Positions 25,565 through 37,600 of a DNA stretch of 64,000 bases are shown here, piece by piece; the stretch's first letter is position 1; each line of letters begins with the position of its first letter. The notes beneath the pieces were generated by a model. It was not told the origin of the DNA. It did not search any database and saw only the letters and a list, made by a program, of their open reading frames with translations. The translations under genes were made by a program, and so were the position numbers. The stretch spans positions 41,974,001 to 42,038,000 of the forward strand of contig NC_045138.2 of assembly GCF_008831285.2 (NCBI RefSeq), in the 5' to 3' direction. This stretch comes from Nymphaea colorata (taxonomy: Eukaryota).

Positions 25565-28500
25565 TGTTGTTATCTCTGTTTTATCAAACGGACGGGGAGG
25601 ATCTACAGATATATATGTCCGTGCACATCATACCCGACGTGCATTTTTTTGGTCTATGGACCTTTGGACTATCATCCATGGACAAATATATCCATTGATT
25701 CCTATCTACGGACGTTTATTTGTAGGTGGGAGGAGCTTTAAGGAGTCGGGGCTATCTCTAAGAAACTCTCAAGGAGCCCACATCCAGCCTCAAAGAGTCT
25801 AGAAAGAGAAAGAAGAAGGGGAAGGAGGAATGAGGAAGGAAGAAGAAGAAAGAAGAGAGAGGAGGAGGAAGAAGAAATTGATCAAGCAAGGCATGCCATC
25901 TCTCTCTCTCTCTCTCCGTATTACTTTTGTGTTTCTTCAAGCACTTCATGGAGGCTTCTCATGCTTGTTGATGAGATGTTGGTGTTGATAGAAATCTAGC
26001 ACCAATACCTGCAATTAGAAATCTGTATTCACGTAGGAAGGTAGAGAGAGAAAGAAGGAAACAAGAAAAAGCTGAGAAGAAGAAGACGTGACTAGAATAG
26101 TCTACATGGCCCATATTTGTAAGAGAGAACAGTTACAATTGCAGAATCCTAAGAGACTCTTCTTCGTATAGTCATAGGAGACTTCACATATTACAAGGAC
26201 ATTAAATACCTCAACACAGTTTACAAGAACGTAGAATCCTAGGGGACTTCACATATTACAAGGACATTGAATGCCTCAACACAGTTTATAAGAATGTAGA
26301 ATCCTAAGAGACTTCACATATTACAAGGTCATTGAATAACGTGAGATATCGTTCAACGTGCTGAATTTTTGATCCAGATGGAAGATCTGAAAATCTGTTG
26401 TTTAACACCCTACCTCAAGCTGTGCATGTTTTTAAATCATAAACAACTTGCTCTTCAAAAACCAAAACTGATACTTTGTCAATCCTTTAGTAAATATGTC
26501 AGCAGCTTGTTCGTTGGTTCCAACAAATACTGGTTCTATCTCTTTATTGTCCACCTTCTGCTTGATAAAATGCTAGTCAATCTCAATGTGTTTTGTTCGG
26601 CCATGTTGTATAAGATTGAAAGCAATGTCGATGGCGCTTTGGTTGTCACACATTAGTACTGAGCTTTTAAATTTTTCTCTTATATCTTCTAGCAAGTGTC
26701 GAATCCAAGTCACGTCTGTTGTCCCTGCAGCCGTACATTTGTATTCAGCTTCTGTACTTGATCTTGCAACTGCTCTTTGTTTTCTACTACTCCAAGATAC
26801 CAAATTTTTGCTTATAAAGATGCAAAAACCAGAGATAGATCTTTTTTCGTCTAGATCTCCAGCCCAATCAACATTAGTATATGTGATTAATTCATGACTA
26901 GCAGCTTCATTTTCACTTTTACAATACACTAATCCATCTCTAACAGTTCCCTTGAGATACCTTAGTATCCTTTTAACTGCATTCATATGTGTGTCCCTCA
27001 GTGCACGCATAAATTGAGACACTTGATTTACCGCATAGGTAATATCAGGTCTGGTAAATGTTAAATATTACAAAGCACCAACAATGTTGAGATATTTGGT
27101 GGGGTCTTCATATGTTTCCCCGTCATTTATACTCATCCTTTGGTTCAGAACACTCGGTGTTTCAACAAACTTACAATCCATTATGCATATTCTATCCAAC
27201 AAGTCAAGAGTATATTTCTGTTGCGTCAAGGTAAGATGATCTCCTTGCCTATCAATTTCAACCCCAAAGAAATATTGCAGGCTTCCTGAAAGTTTTTGAC
27301 CCTTTATCTCATCAAAATGTTTTTTCGAGTTCCCTGTAATGATGATGTCATCAACATATATAAAGAGGAGGGTAATAACACTTTCTTTCTTGAAAATAAA
27401 AAGAGACTGGTTGAGATGACTGTTTTGAAATCTGTATTCCTTTATTTTGTTTGACAAACTATCAAACCATGATCATGATGCTTGCTTAAGTCCATACAGA
27501 GATTTTTTTAGTTTGCAAACCCACTCGCTAGAGTCTTTTTCAACAAAACCAAGAGGTTGCTCCATGAAAACTTCTTCCTTCAAATCACCATGAAGGAAAG
27601 CATTTTTAATGTTTAATTGATTTTGTTTCCACTCATATTCAACAACAAGGGATATAATCACGCGAATGGTTCCCTTTTTTTATTATGGGACTTAACGTCT
27701 CATCATAATCATGCCCAAATTGTTGAGTAAATCCTTTTGCTACCAACCTTGCTTTGTGTCTTTCTATGTTGTCGTCATGTTTGTATTTGATTTTGTATAC
27801 TCACTTGGAGCCCACTATATTTTTTCCATGACTTGGAACGATCTCCCATGTTCCACATTCATGCAAGGCATACATTTCTTCTCTCAGCTTTTCTTCAATG
27901 ATGTGATTTTGATGCTTGATCAAATGAAGTATGTTCTTCCTCTTGCCAACTTTTACTATGAATAACTGAAAATCAAGTGATAAAAAACCATTGCTAACCC
28001 ACCTGTGAATAAGATGGCGAATGCATTGGGATCTTCTAAGGTGGGGCATGTTGTCTTCTTTATTGTGAGCATTTTTGTCCTTTAGTCATTGATTGTAGAT
28101 AAGACCCGAATACCGATGTGAATTGTTGCTCTGTTCTTCATTATTGCTTTCGTGAACACTTGATGATTGTATTGGACCCTCTTGATTTTCACTTTGGGGC
28201 ACGTCAGATGACTGCATTGTTCTCTCTCGATCTTCACCCTGAGGCACATCATTTTCTGAAATAGAATCTGCATTGAATAACTGTGTACTTGTCCAGGGAT
28301 CATAAGATTCAATGGTCATAAGCATTTCATTAGTATCATCAAATTTATGCTAATCAAAAGTAACATTTTTTGAAGTCTTGATATGTTTAGTTGTTGGATC
28401 ATAACATTGAAAACCTTTATATTCATTAGCATATCCAAGGAATCTACATTGAATAGCTTTGTCTTGAAACTTATTCCTCAATGCAGCATCAACATGAACA

Positions 28501-31500
28501 TAGCATACATAGGCAAAAACCTTCAATTTCTTATAATCAGGTTGTTTGCCTAAGAGTGTGAAATATGGCAATTTAGACATCAAGAGTGTCATAGGCAAAC
28601 AATTTATTATGTATACAGCTGTACGTAAGACTTCAGTCCATAAGGAAATGAGCAGATTAGTATCATGCATCATGCTCATGGTGCTTTCAACTATATGTCG
28701 ATGTTTGCGCTCAATTACACCATTTTGTTGTGGTGTGTAAGGACAGGAGATTTGTCTAGTTATGCCTTTTTCACGTAGAAATTCAATAAAATCAAGTAAG
28801 AATATTCTCCCCCACTATCACATTGAAAATGCATAATATTCTATGAAAAATTGGTTTGAATCATGGCATAGAAGTTTCAAAATATGTGGAGTACTTCCGA
28901 TTTATGTTTCATGAAGTAAATCCAAGTGAATCGTGAGTAAGAGTCAATGAATAAGACATAATATCATGAACAGACATGGAATCAATAGGGGCTGGCCACC
29001 AAACATCAGAAAAAATAATTTCAAAGGGTTTGGAGGCCATTTGATTTATATTATGGAAAGGTAAAACATGACTCTTACAAAGTTCACAACTTGAATATTT
29101 TTTGACACTTGAAGTAAGAGGTAAGCTTGATCTTGGAGTGAGACTATCTGTGACAAGTTTTTCAATAAAATGTCAACCATAGTGTCCCAACCAATTATGC
29201 CACAGATCAGATTCCAAAAATTGGTTAGAGCCTCTTACTTTTGATTGGAAATGGCAAGGGCTTGGTGACGCATTATGAGAAAGAGAAAATGTCTTCAATC
29301 CTATACCAAAGGTGGATGAATCTTTGGGTAGACATTCCTTGAGGACATACATATTCTCTTGACGCTCCCCTTTAGCAAACATTTTCTTCGTTTGGAGGTC
29401 CTTGACATAGACAAAAAAAGGTGTGAATTCAATAAAAGAGTTTGTATCATCAATGAGTTTAGAAATGGATATGATATTCTTTTTTATATTGGGAGCAAAA
29501 AAACATTGGACAATGATAGAGAGGAAGATGACAAAGGAATATGTGCATTTCCAATATGTGTAATGGGATGAAATTTTTCATCACCTGTTATAATGCAATT
29601 TCTACCATAATGAGGAGATAAGTTAGTCAATTTACCTGCATTTCCTATCACATGGGTAGTTGCACCTAAATCCAAGAACCATTCTCCCTACTCATTTTGC
29701 TTTATAGTCATTTTGGAGAATGCGGCCATCAATAGTTGTTGCATATCTTCGACGGTGGTTTTAGAATTTTGTCCTCCTTGTTTGTAATCATGTCTTACCC
29801 CTTTGTTTTTATTTTGAGGATTAAACCAGCATTGTGCCTTCAAGTGCTCTTTCTTGTTACATTGAAAACAAATTTGTATTCTTCTTGAAGTATTCAAACG
29901 AGGCATGCCTTGGTTATTTGGTGTTGGTAAAATGCTGCGACCACCATGATCCGAGTTCCCATGGTTCTGACCAAATTTTACACTCATGGACAACACATTT
30001 TGGGAGTTCCCTTGATCAGTCGTTTCAATGACTCTTTTCATATTCATTTCATATTGGAGGAGTTTACCTTGTAATTCATTGAAGGAGGGCAGAATAGGAA
30101 GGACCTCAAGAACTGTAATAAAGGCATGATAATCATGCCCAAGTCCACTTAAAGTTTGCTGCACCTTCTCCTTATCAGGAATGTTATTCCCTGAGGTAGC
30201 AAGTTGGTCTGCGATAGCCTTAATACACCCCAAATAATCCATGATAGATGTTGAACCTTTGTTCAAATTCTGAAATTCTTTCTTTAGGTACATAATCCGA
30301 GCTTCTGATAGATGTTTGGGAAAAAGTATCAACAAGAGTTTCCCATAATTCTTCCGCAGTACAGCCATCAGAAATTGAGAGTAACACCTGTTGAGATAGA
30401 GTAGACAAAATATATGCAACCAGACTTTGGTCACGTCTCATCCACACAACATGTTCAAGGTTGCTGTTTTCTTGTATAACAATGACCTCTCCCGCCTCAT
30501 TCTTTATCTCCTATGGAATAGATATTGGTGTTGCCTTTGTTGAACCAACGAGATGTCCAAAGAGGCCTTGACTTCTTATAAAAGGCATGATCTGCCTTTC
30601 CCAGGTTAGATAATTTTCATGGTTGAGTTTTTTGGTAATAAGATGAGGAAGAAAATTTAAGGACATACCAGAGTGTGAAAGGTTTTCCGTGACAACAGAA
30701 AGGAGGGGTATACAGGTAGAAAATGAAAGGGAAGGAAGATACGATATAACAAGATGTGCCCAGATCAGATCTGTTTGGGCATTTCGTTAGGTAGAGATAG
30801 CGTAACCTTGCTCTGATACCATGATAGAAATATGACACCAATATCTGCAACTATAAATCTATATTCACACAGGAAGGCAGAGAGAGAAAGAATGAAACAA
30901 GAAGAAACTGAGAAGAAGAAGCCGTGACCAGGATAGTCAACATGACCCATATTTATAAGAGAGAACATTTACAATTGTAGAATCATAAGAGACTCTTCAT
31001 CATATAATCCTAGGAGACTTCACATATTAGAATGACATTAAATACCTCAACACAATTTACAAGAACGTAGAATCTTAGGAGATTTCACATATTACAAGGA
31101 CATTGAATGCCTCAACACAGTTTACAAGAACGAAGAATCCTAAGAGACTTCACATATTACAAGGGCATTGAATAACGTGAGACATGGTTCAACGTGCTGG
31201 ATTTTGGATCCAGATGGAGGATCCGAAAATCTGTTGTTTAACATGTGTTATCGTCATGGATGGAGTTCTCCTTAGACCAGCATTATATTTCATATTTTCT
31301 TCATTTTATGCTCCTTGAAACTTGCATCATCATCATTGTTTGTTTCCTTGAGTGCTCGATTTTGCATGTTGTGTTTCTCATATTATAAGGCCGCTAAAGA
31401 GATCAGGCTGCATCTATGGATGTTGCCCTTTCGACAGTCAAATCATTGGCTTCCCTTGTTACATGAATTTTATGGATTTTGAAGTCAAGAACATCATGTG

Positions 31501-31926
31501 ATTGACCTAATTCATATAAAACCTTTGATTTTCATTCATTTGTTATGTTTAAAATGAATATGTTTCACATGTGTTCGTTTGGGTTCTTTTGTGTTTTTGT
31601 GGATTTTTAGCTATGATCATTATGAGATTAGGTTGGTCCACGTGAAACCATAGATGAATGGGCACTAACAGTGGCAAAATTCATCCATATATATTCATAT
31701 ACGTTATTTTCAAGTTTTGGCATCCTACATGTTATGAACATGTAATTTTTCTTTTTGCTTACAAGTGTGCATCATATTTGGCATGTTTCATGCATGATAG
31801 GTATTGTTCATGTCCCATGCATTAGTCTACGTGTCTAGGTCATGGAGGAGATCATCTTTAGATTGATTTTCAAGTTTTAGGTATCCATATGATGATATTT
31901 TTAAAACCTGGTTTCTAAAATTTACA
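25565..31926 (+). mobile_element. Probable solo LTR (~1.1 kb without the insert), interrupted by the copia at 25986-31243
   Basis: TGTTG start and ...AAAATTTACA end. Flanks AAATT/GAATT resemble a degenerate TSD, the left copy overlapping the first base. LTR-like GA-rich and TG-rich composition on both sides of the copia. Confidence 0.4.
25986..31243 (-). mobile_element. Full-length, decayed Ty1/copia LTR retrotransposon (Ale-like, 5.26 kb)
   Basis: 422-bp LTRs at 30822-31243 (5') and 25986-26407 (3'), roughly 90% identical by eye. PBS-Met TGGTATCAGAGC at 30810-30821. PPT beside 26408. TSD GGTGT/TGTGT. Gag (CFQCNKKEHLKAQC), protease (DLGATTH), integrase, RT (LKKSLYGLKQA, YVDDII) and RNase H (RTKHIEID) are all present with stops. 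Confidence 0.95.
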
Positions 31927-32449
31927 GAATTTTGCCCCACTTTAGCACATTTTGAGACTATGAGTCGAATGTTGACAAAGCCACTTTTACTGTTTAGCGA
32001 GGTTGCCCACCCACTACTTTGCCAGACCGTGCGACGTCGTCGATAATTTTTTTTTTTTTGGTGAGGGTAGTCACTTTTCGTTTTATTTTTTTATACATTT
32101 TTAAATAATATATACAAATACAATAGGTACTCTTATCAATAGTTTATTATTTTAACATTTTTATGGAGAGACGTCTTTGTGGCTATTTACATGAAAAGTT
32201 GAGGGGCCGGTTGTGCACGTACAAAACTTGGGCGGTAATCCGTTGTTGATAAAAAAAAAAAATTGGACGTCGCTGTGTAGTTTAATAACTTAAATATGGA
32301 GATTTCTTTTCCTTTAAAATAGTGACTGATCGGTGGATCTTCTGCCGCAGAATGCATACACGAATAAGCGGGAGGGACAATCGAACCAGAACAACCGCAC
32401 TTCGCGGTCGCGGAACGAGGAGAGCACGGAGGCACTAGCGTCTCGAGCT

Positions 32450-32684
32450 ATGCGGTCGCTGAGGAATGCGTCATTCGGTGCATTCCCTTCCCTTGCCTCT
32501 TTCATTCGTAACTCCATCTCGTTCACCACCTCCTTCTCCCCTGTATCGTCGCCGTCACTTGTCCTGCTGGGTTGTCGCTGCCTGTCGACGTCATCTTCCA
32601 GGCTTTTCGTTGGAGGCTTGTCTTGGGGAGTGGACGAGAGATCCTTGAGGGATGCTTTCTCCTCTTTCGGAGACGTCACAGAAG
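32450..32684 (+). CDS. Exon 1 of an organellar (probably mitochondrial) single-RRM RNA-binding protein, At3g08000-like; 152 aa in total
   Basis: ATG at 32450. Ser/Arg-rich transit-like peptide ending RCLSTSSS, then RNP2 RLFVGGLSWGVDERSLRDAFSSFGDVTE. Phase-1 donor G|GTAACT. The At3g08000 assignment is from recalled sequence and needs BLAST confirmation. Confidence 0.92.
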
Positions 32685-34651
32685 GTAACTCTCTCTCTCT
32701 CCCCTCCCCTCCCCTTCCTCCCTCTCTCCCTCTATTAACACACGCACACACTCATACACACACATATGGAAGCAAATGGCCATCAAATTAGGCTGACGCC
32801 GTTAATCGATGCCCAGAAAGATGAAACCAAGTTGATGCCACGTAGGATCACTGTCATGTTCGGGGGGCATTTGGATTTGTACCCACGTGAATAAAGATGG
32901 GATAAATTGGACATCTGGAAGCTATAATCGGGAAAAATTGGAATAATATTTAAGGTTTGAGAATGTCACGCATGATCAAGAATGACCTAGGTGGAGATGC
33001 TGGACTTGAGGATTTCATGTTCGACGTTCGTTTTTTTTGCAGCTACTTTTGCTATTTTTCTTGTGAAGATACGGTGCTGTCCTAGGGGTGTTCCATTTCG
33101 TCCCACTTTTGTCAGTGATTGCAATGGAACGTAGCCAGACGCCTCCTGATGGTGCACAATTAGCAATTCATTGCCTTAGCTTTGTATGACGATGAAAGGG
33201 TTGGGAATAATGTTCTTGGGTGTTGCCAAATAGCTTCTCTCTCTCTTGTATCTGGTCTAGGAAACTTTTTCTGCTTTTCTGATTGTAAGTAGCTTAGATT
33301 TTCCACTCGGCTGTACGGTTCCACGATAAATCATAAGTCATATCTCTACATTTTGGATCGAGAATTTCGAGACTCTACCTTATTGGCAAGTATCAGATCC
33401 GTAGAGTTTTACTTATTTCCATGCTTCTGTTTGAATAATTCTTGAGGACCCGAAAATTTAATTCAATCAATTATGTATAATTGCTTCGTGCTTGTAAGTA
33501 TGTTTACAACTGAAAATTTAAGCTTCCCACCTTTGTTTGGAATCTCTGTATTAATTTCGTGGATGAATTCCATAACATTTCCTTCTCTCTACTCATCTGA
33601 AATAGAGGTCTCTAGTAACTGACAGTGGTCTATGGATATTGATGCATACATTTAGAGCCCACTGAGGTGACGCTTAAACTGTATAAGGAATCTGGTTATA
33701 GCATCAAAGCATGCTTCTGAAACTAATTTACACTTAAGTTATGTTTCTAATATGGTTTTAGCATTATCTGTACAGGCTGCTGGCTATTCTAATTTAATAG
33801 CTATGTGTCCTTTATGTCTAAATTGCACTCGATCCGGGTGAATTTTTTCAATCATGAAACTGGATTGTAGTTAAGAAATAAAAAAGAACAGTTTTTGAGC
33901 CAAGTGCATAATTCATTCTTAACATTTGATGATTGTTGTGTCTCAGTGATGCAATCGGAATAATTTTTGCGAGGAGCCTTCTTTTGATATAGTATGTCAC
34001 AGGGATATAGATGAATATAAGGTGATGCATCAATTTTATTAAGTTCTAAATTATGTTTCTGTATAGGGAGATATAGAATTCAAGCCAAAATGGAGTATCC
34101 ACATGACATGCTTGAGGGTTATGATCCTGTCAAAGTTAAAAGCATCAGGAGACCAGGACTACCTGTCTTGTTAATAATGCCTGGTTGTCATGCTTGTATC
34201 AATGAATGCTGGACAATATAGTGATTAGGTTTTGGTCTTTTTAGATTTTTTGGATAGAGAAAGGAGTATATGGATGGGCAAGTTGTATTAACAACTAAAC
34301 AAATGAAGCAGCAGCCTACTTTTCCTTTATCTTGCTGGTTATTAACAGGAAGAATAGTAGTTTGAGAATAATCAAGATCACAAACAAAGATGCCACTTTC
34401 GGGTATAAACAAGATGGGGGGCAGATATGAGAATATATGTCTAGAATCATCAAGATAATCTTAAAATGTGAATAGTTTGGAAGATGATGCTTAACGTAGC
34501 AAAGATGATGTGCTAAAATATCATATTGTATGGTGAAAGTTGCAAACACTTGAATTCAAGAATCTAACTTTTCTGTTCCGGAGGCTCACTTAAGCTAAAT
34601 GAGGTTATAGCATTTCTTAAATGGCTAGAGCGCAATGTCTACTAAAGTTAC

Positions 34652-37600
34652 TGTTACAGCCGGTAGTCTTAGAGAGAGAAAATCATCTTATTAAGTATTA
34701 ACTAACCCTAATCTCAATAATAAATAGATTAGGGCAGCAGTAGAGACTTACAAATAACATCAACCAAAAATAGAGAAATGTTTAAAGAGAACTTCTAACT
34801 ATTGAATATTGTAAAGGACTACTTAGAAACTTAAAGTTTTCTAATTCAACACTCCTCCTCAAGCTGGAGCATCCATATTAATCATACTAAGCTTGTCACA
34901 ACATCTAGAGAAATCACCAATAGAAAGAGCTTTGGTGAAGACAGACATCTGCAGTCGATCTTCAGAAGATACATGAATGGTGGCTATGTTTCCTCCTTGA
35001 ACAAGGTCCTAATGTAATGGCAATCCACTTCAATATGTTTAGTTCTCTCATGAAAAACTGGATTGTTTGTAATGTATGTGGTGTATGTGGCTGCTCTATT
35101 GTCACAATACATCCTCATGGGAAAAAGAATTGACACACTTGGGCTAGTTAGCATGAATTTAGCTCAGGTCATTCAGCTTTAGTTTGAGTCATAGCTTTGT
35201 ACTCAGATTCTGCACTAGATCTTGACATCACACTTTGCTTTTTTCTTCTCTAGGATATAAGGTTGCTTCCCACAAATACACAGAATCTTGTGGTAGACTT
35301 TCTGTCTTCGATTGAGCCAGCATAGTCAGCATCACTATAGGCTTCCACTTCTAAGATTTTGCCTTTTGTGAACAAAAGTCCTTTACTTGAAGATGATTTC
35401 AAATATTTGACCACCATTAATGTTACATCCTAATGAACTTTTCTAGGTCTTTCTATGAATTGACTTAGCTTCCTTACTGCAAAGTAACATAGAAGAGCTT
35501 TCAAGTAAGGGATCTGTATGATCGAGAATCTACTAATTATGATTGGTCATCATGAAGATGTATGCGTGTATTCATAGGTAGAGTGGCCGGTTTAGCTCCT
35601 AGCATCTTGGTATCCTACAATAAATCAAGAACATACTTCACATTGGGATAGAACTACACATTCATTGTTGGGAGCAACCTCTATTCCCAAAAAATATCAT
35701 AGTTAACCAAGATCTTTCATCACAAAGTATTTTTGAAGAAACAACTTTGTACCAGAAATATCTTGATCGGAGTCACCTGTCTAGATAATATCATCAACAT
35801 AAACTACTGGAATGGTCATACCCTTGGAATTCTTCTTGATAAACAGAAAATGATCTAGAGGGGATTTCGTAAAGCCACACTTTGAGACCACCTCAGAGAA
35901 CTTGTGGAACCACGCATGAGGACTCTGCTTGAGTTCCATATATAGCTGTCTTCAGTTTGCACACTTTTTCACACTTCCATTGTTGTTGAAAGTTGAAACC
36001 TTAGTAGCTGTTGCATTTAGACAGTCTCATCGAGATTACCATACAAAAAGACATTTTTGACATCAAGCTGATACATGTGCCAGTCATGGTGTACAACCAC
36101 GAAGATGATAAGACGGATGGTTTCCAACCGGACAACAAGAGAAAAAGCTTCAAAGAAATCAACAACATAGGTCTGTATGCAGTCTTTAGCAACCAACTTG
36201 GCTTTGTATCTTTTCATAGAACCATCAAAATGATATTTCACAGTGAATACCCACTTGGAGCCAACAATGTCACAACTAGGAAGTGAATCAACAAGTTCCT
36301 AGGTGCCCACCTGAACCAAGGCATCTATCTCATCTTGCATAGCTTGTCTCTACTGAGTATCTAATAAAGTATATTGGTGACAAGTAAGAACTGCATGGAT
36401 AGTCAGAGCTTGAATAAACTGTTGCATACTTTGACCAACACCGTCAGTAGAAACAAAATGAGATATCAGATGCAAAGTACACTGTCGCTTGCCTTTGTGA
36501 GGAGCAATAGGTAAGTCCTGATGGGGATCAGATATATTTATGCTCAGCTGGGTATAGTCACCTTAGATGTACTTAACTCTTGAGAAGAAGTTGGGGAATG
36601 ATCATGAGAGGGGTCCTGTCGGTGTCTGTATATTAGCGGAGGATCACGAAACTTGGAAAGACCAGAAGGAGACTCACTAGAAGGAGAACCACATGGGAAT
36701 GACACCAATGGAATGAGAGGAATAGGTAGTGGGCCAGATGATCGTGGCATCTAAATAGAGGTAGGAGAGGGACTATGATAAGGTTGAGACTCAAAGAATG
36801 TGACATCCGCACTGCTCCTTTTGAGTCAAGGAGTCAAAACATTTGTAACCTTTATGAGTTTTGGAGTAGCCAATGAAGATATACTTAATTGCTTCAGTAG
36901 CCAATTTATTATGTGTAGGTCCAAGGTGTGAACAAAGCATGTGCAACAAAATATTTTGGAAGCGATCAGAAACAACGGTCGTTGTGGCCCTGTGGGTACA
37001 CAAGTTTAATGAGAACCTGGTTGTCGATGGAGGATGAGGGTAAACGGTTGGTCAATGAATAAGCAACAAAAATGACATCTCCTAAAAAATATGCAGGTAA
37101 ATGAGTATAAAGCATCAGGGAACGCACCTCATTTAAAAGTTGGCAATATTTTCGCTCAGCTACTCCATTTTGCTGGGAGGTATGGAGACAAGTAAACTGA
37201 GGGGAAATGTCATTATCAGAGTAAAATTTTATTAATGTAGATGCCTTGAACTCAAGTGCGTTATTAGTGCGAATGCTTTTAACAAGAATAGCAAACTGGG
37301 TCTTTATTTCAATAATAAGGTTCTTGAGAGTATATATGATTTCAGACCTTTCTTTCAAAAGAAAAACCCAAGTGGCTCGAGAATAATCATCAATAATGAT
37401 AATGAAACAATGAAATCTAGACCTGCTAGCAACTTTGTTAGGACCCCACACATCAACATGAAGAAGATCAAATAGTCTACAACTAGACGACCTAAGACTT
37501 GATGACAGACTTCACACTGGAACGACTCTGGTACTGACAGATGAGGAAGTAGGTGTTAGAATGTGTGTATCCCTTCTATACATACATATATGTACATACA

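Noticed and set aside
32333..32791. 152-aa single-exon ORF from the track
   Set aside because: It uses a GTG start and reads into the intron; the real CDS starts at 32450 and splices at 32684.
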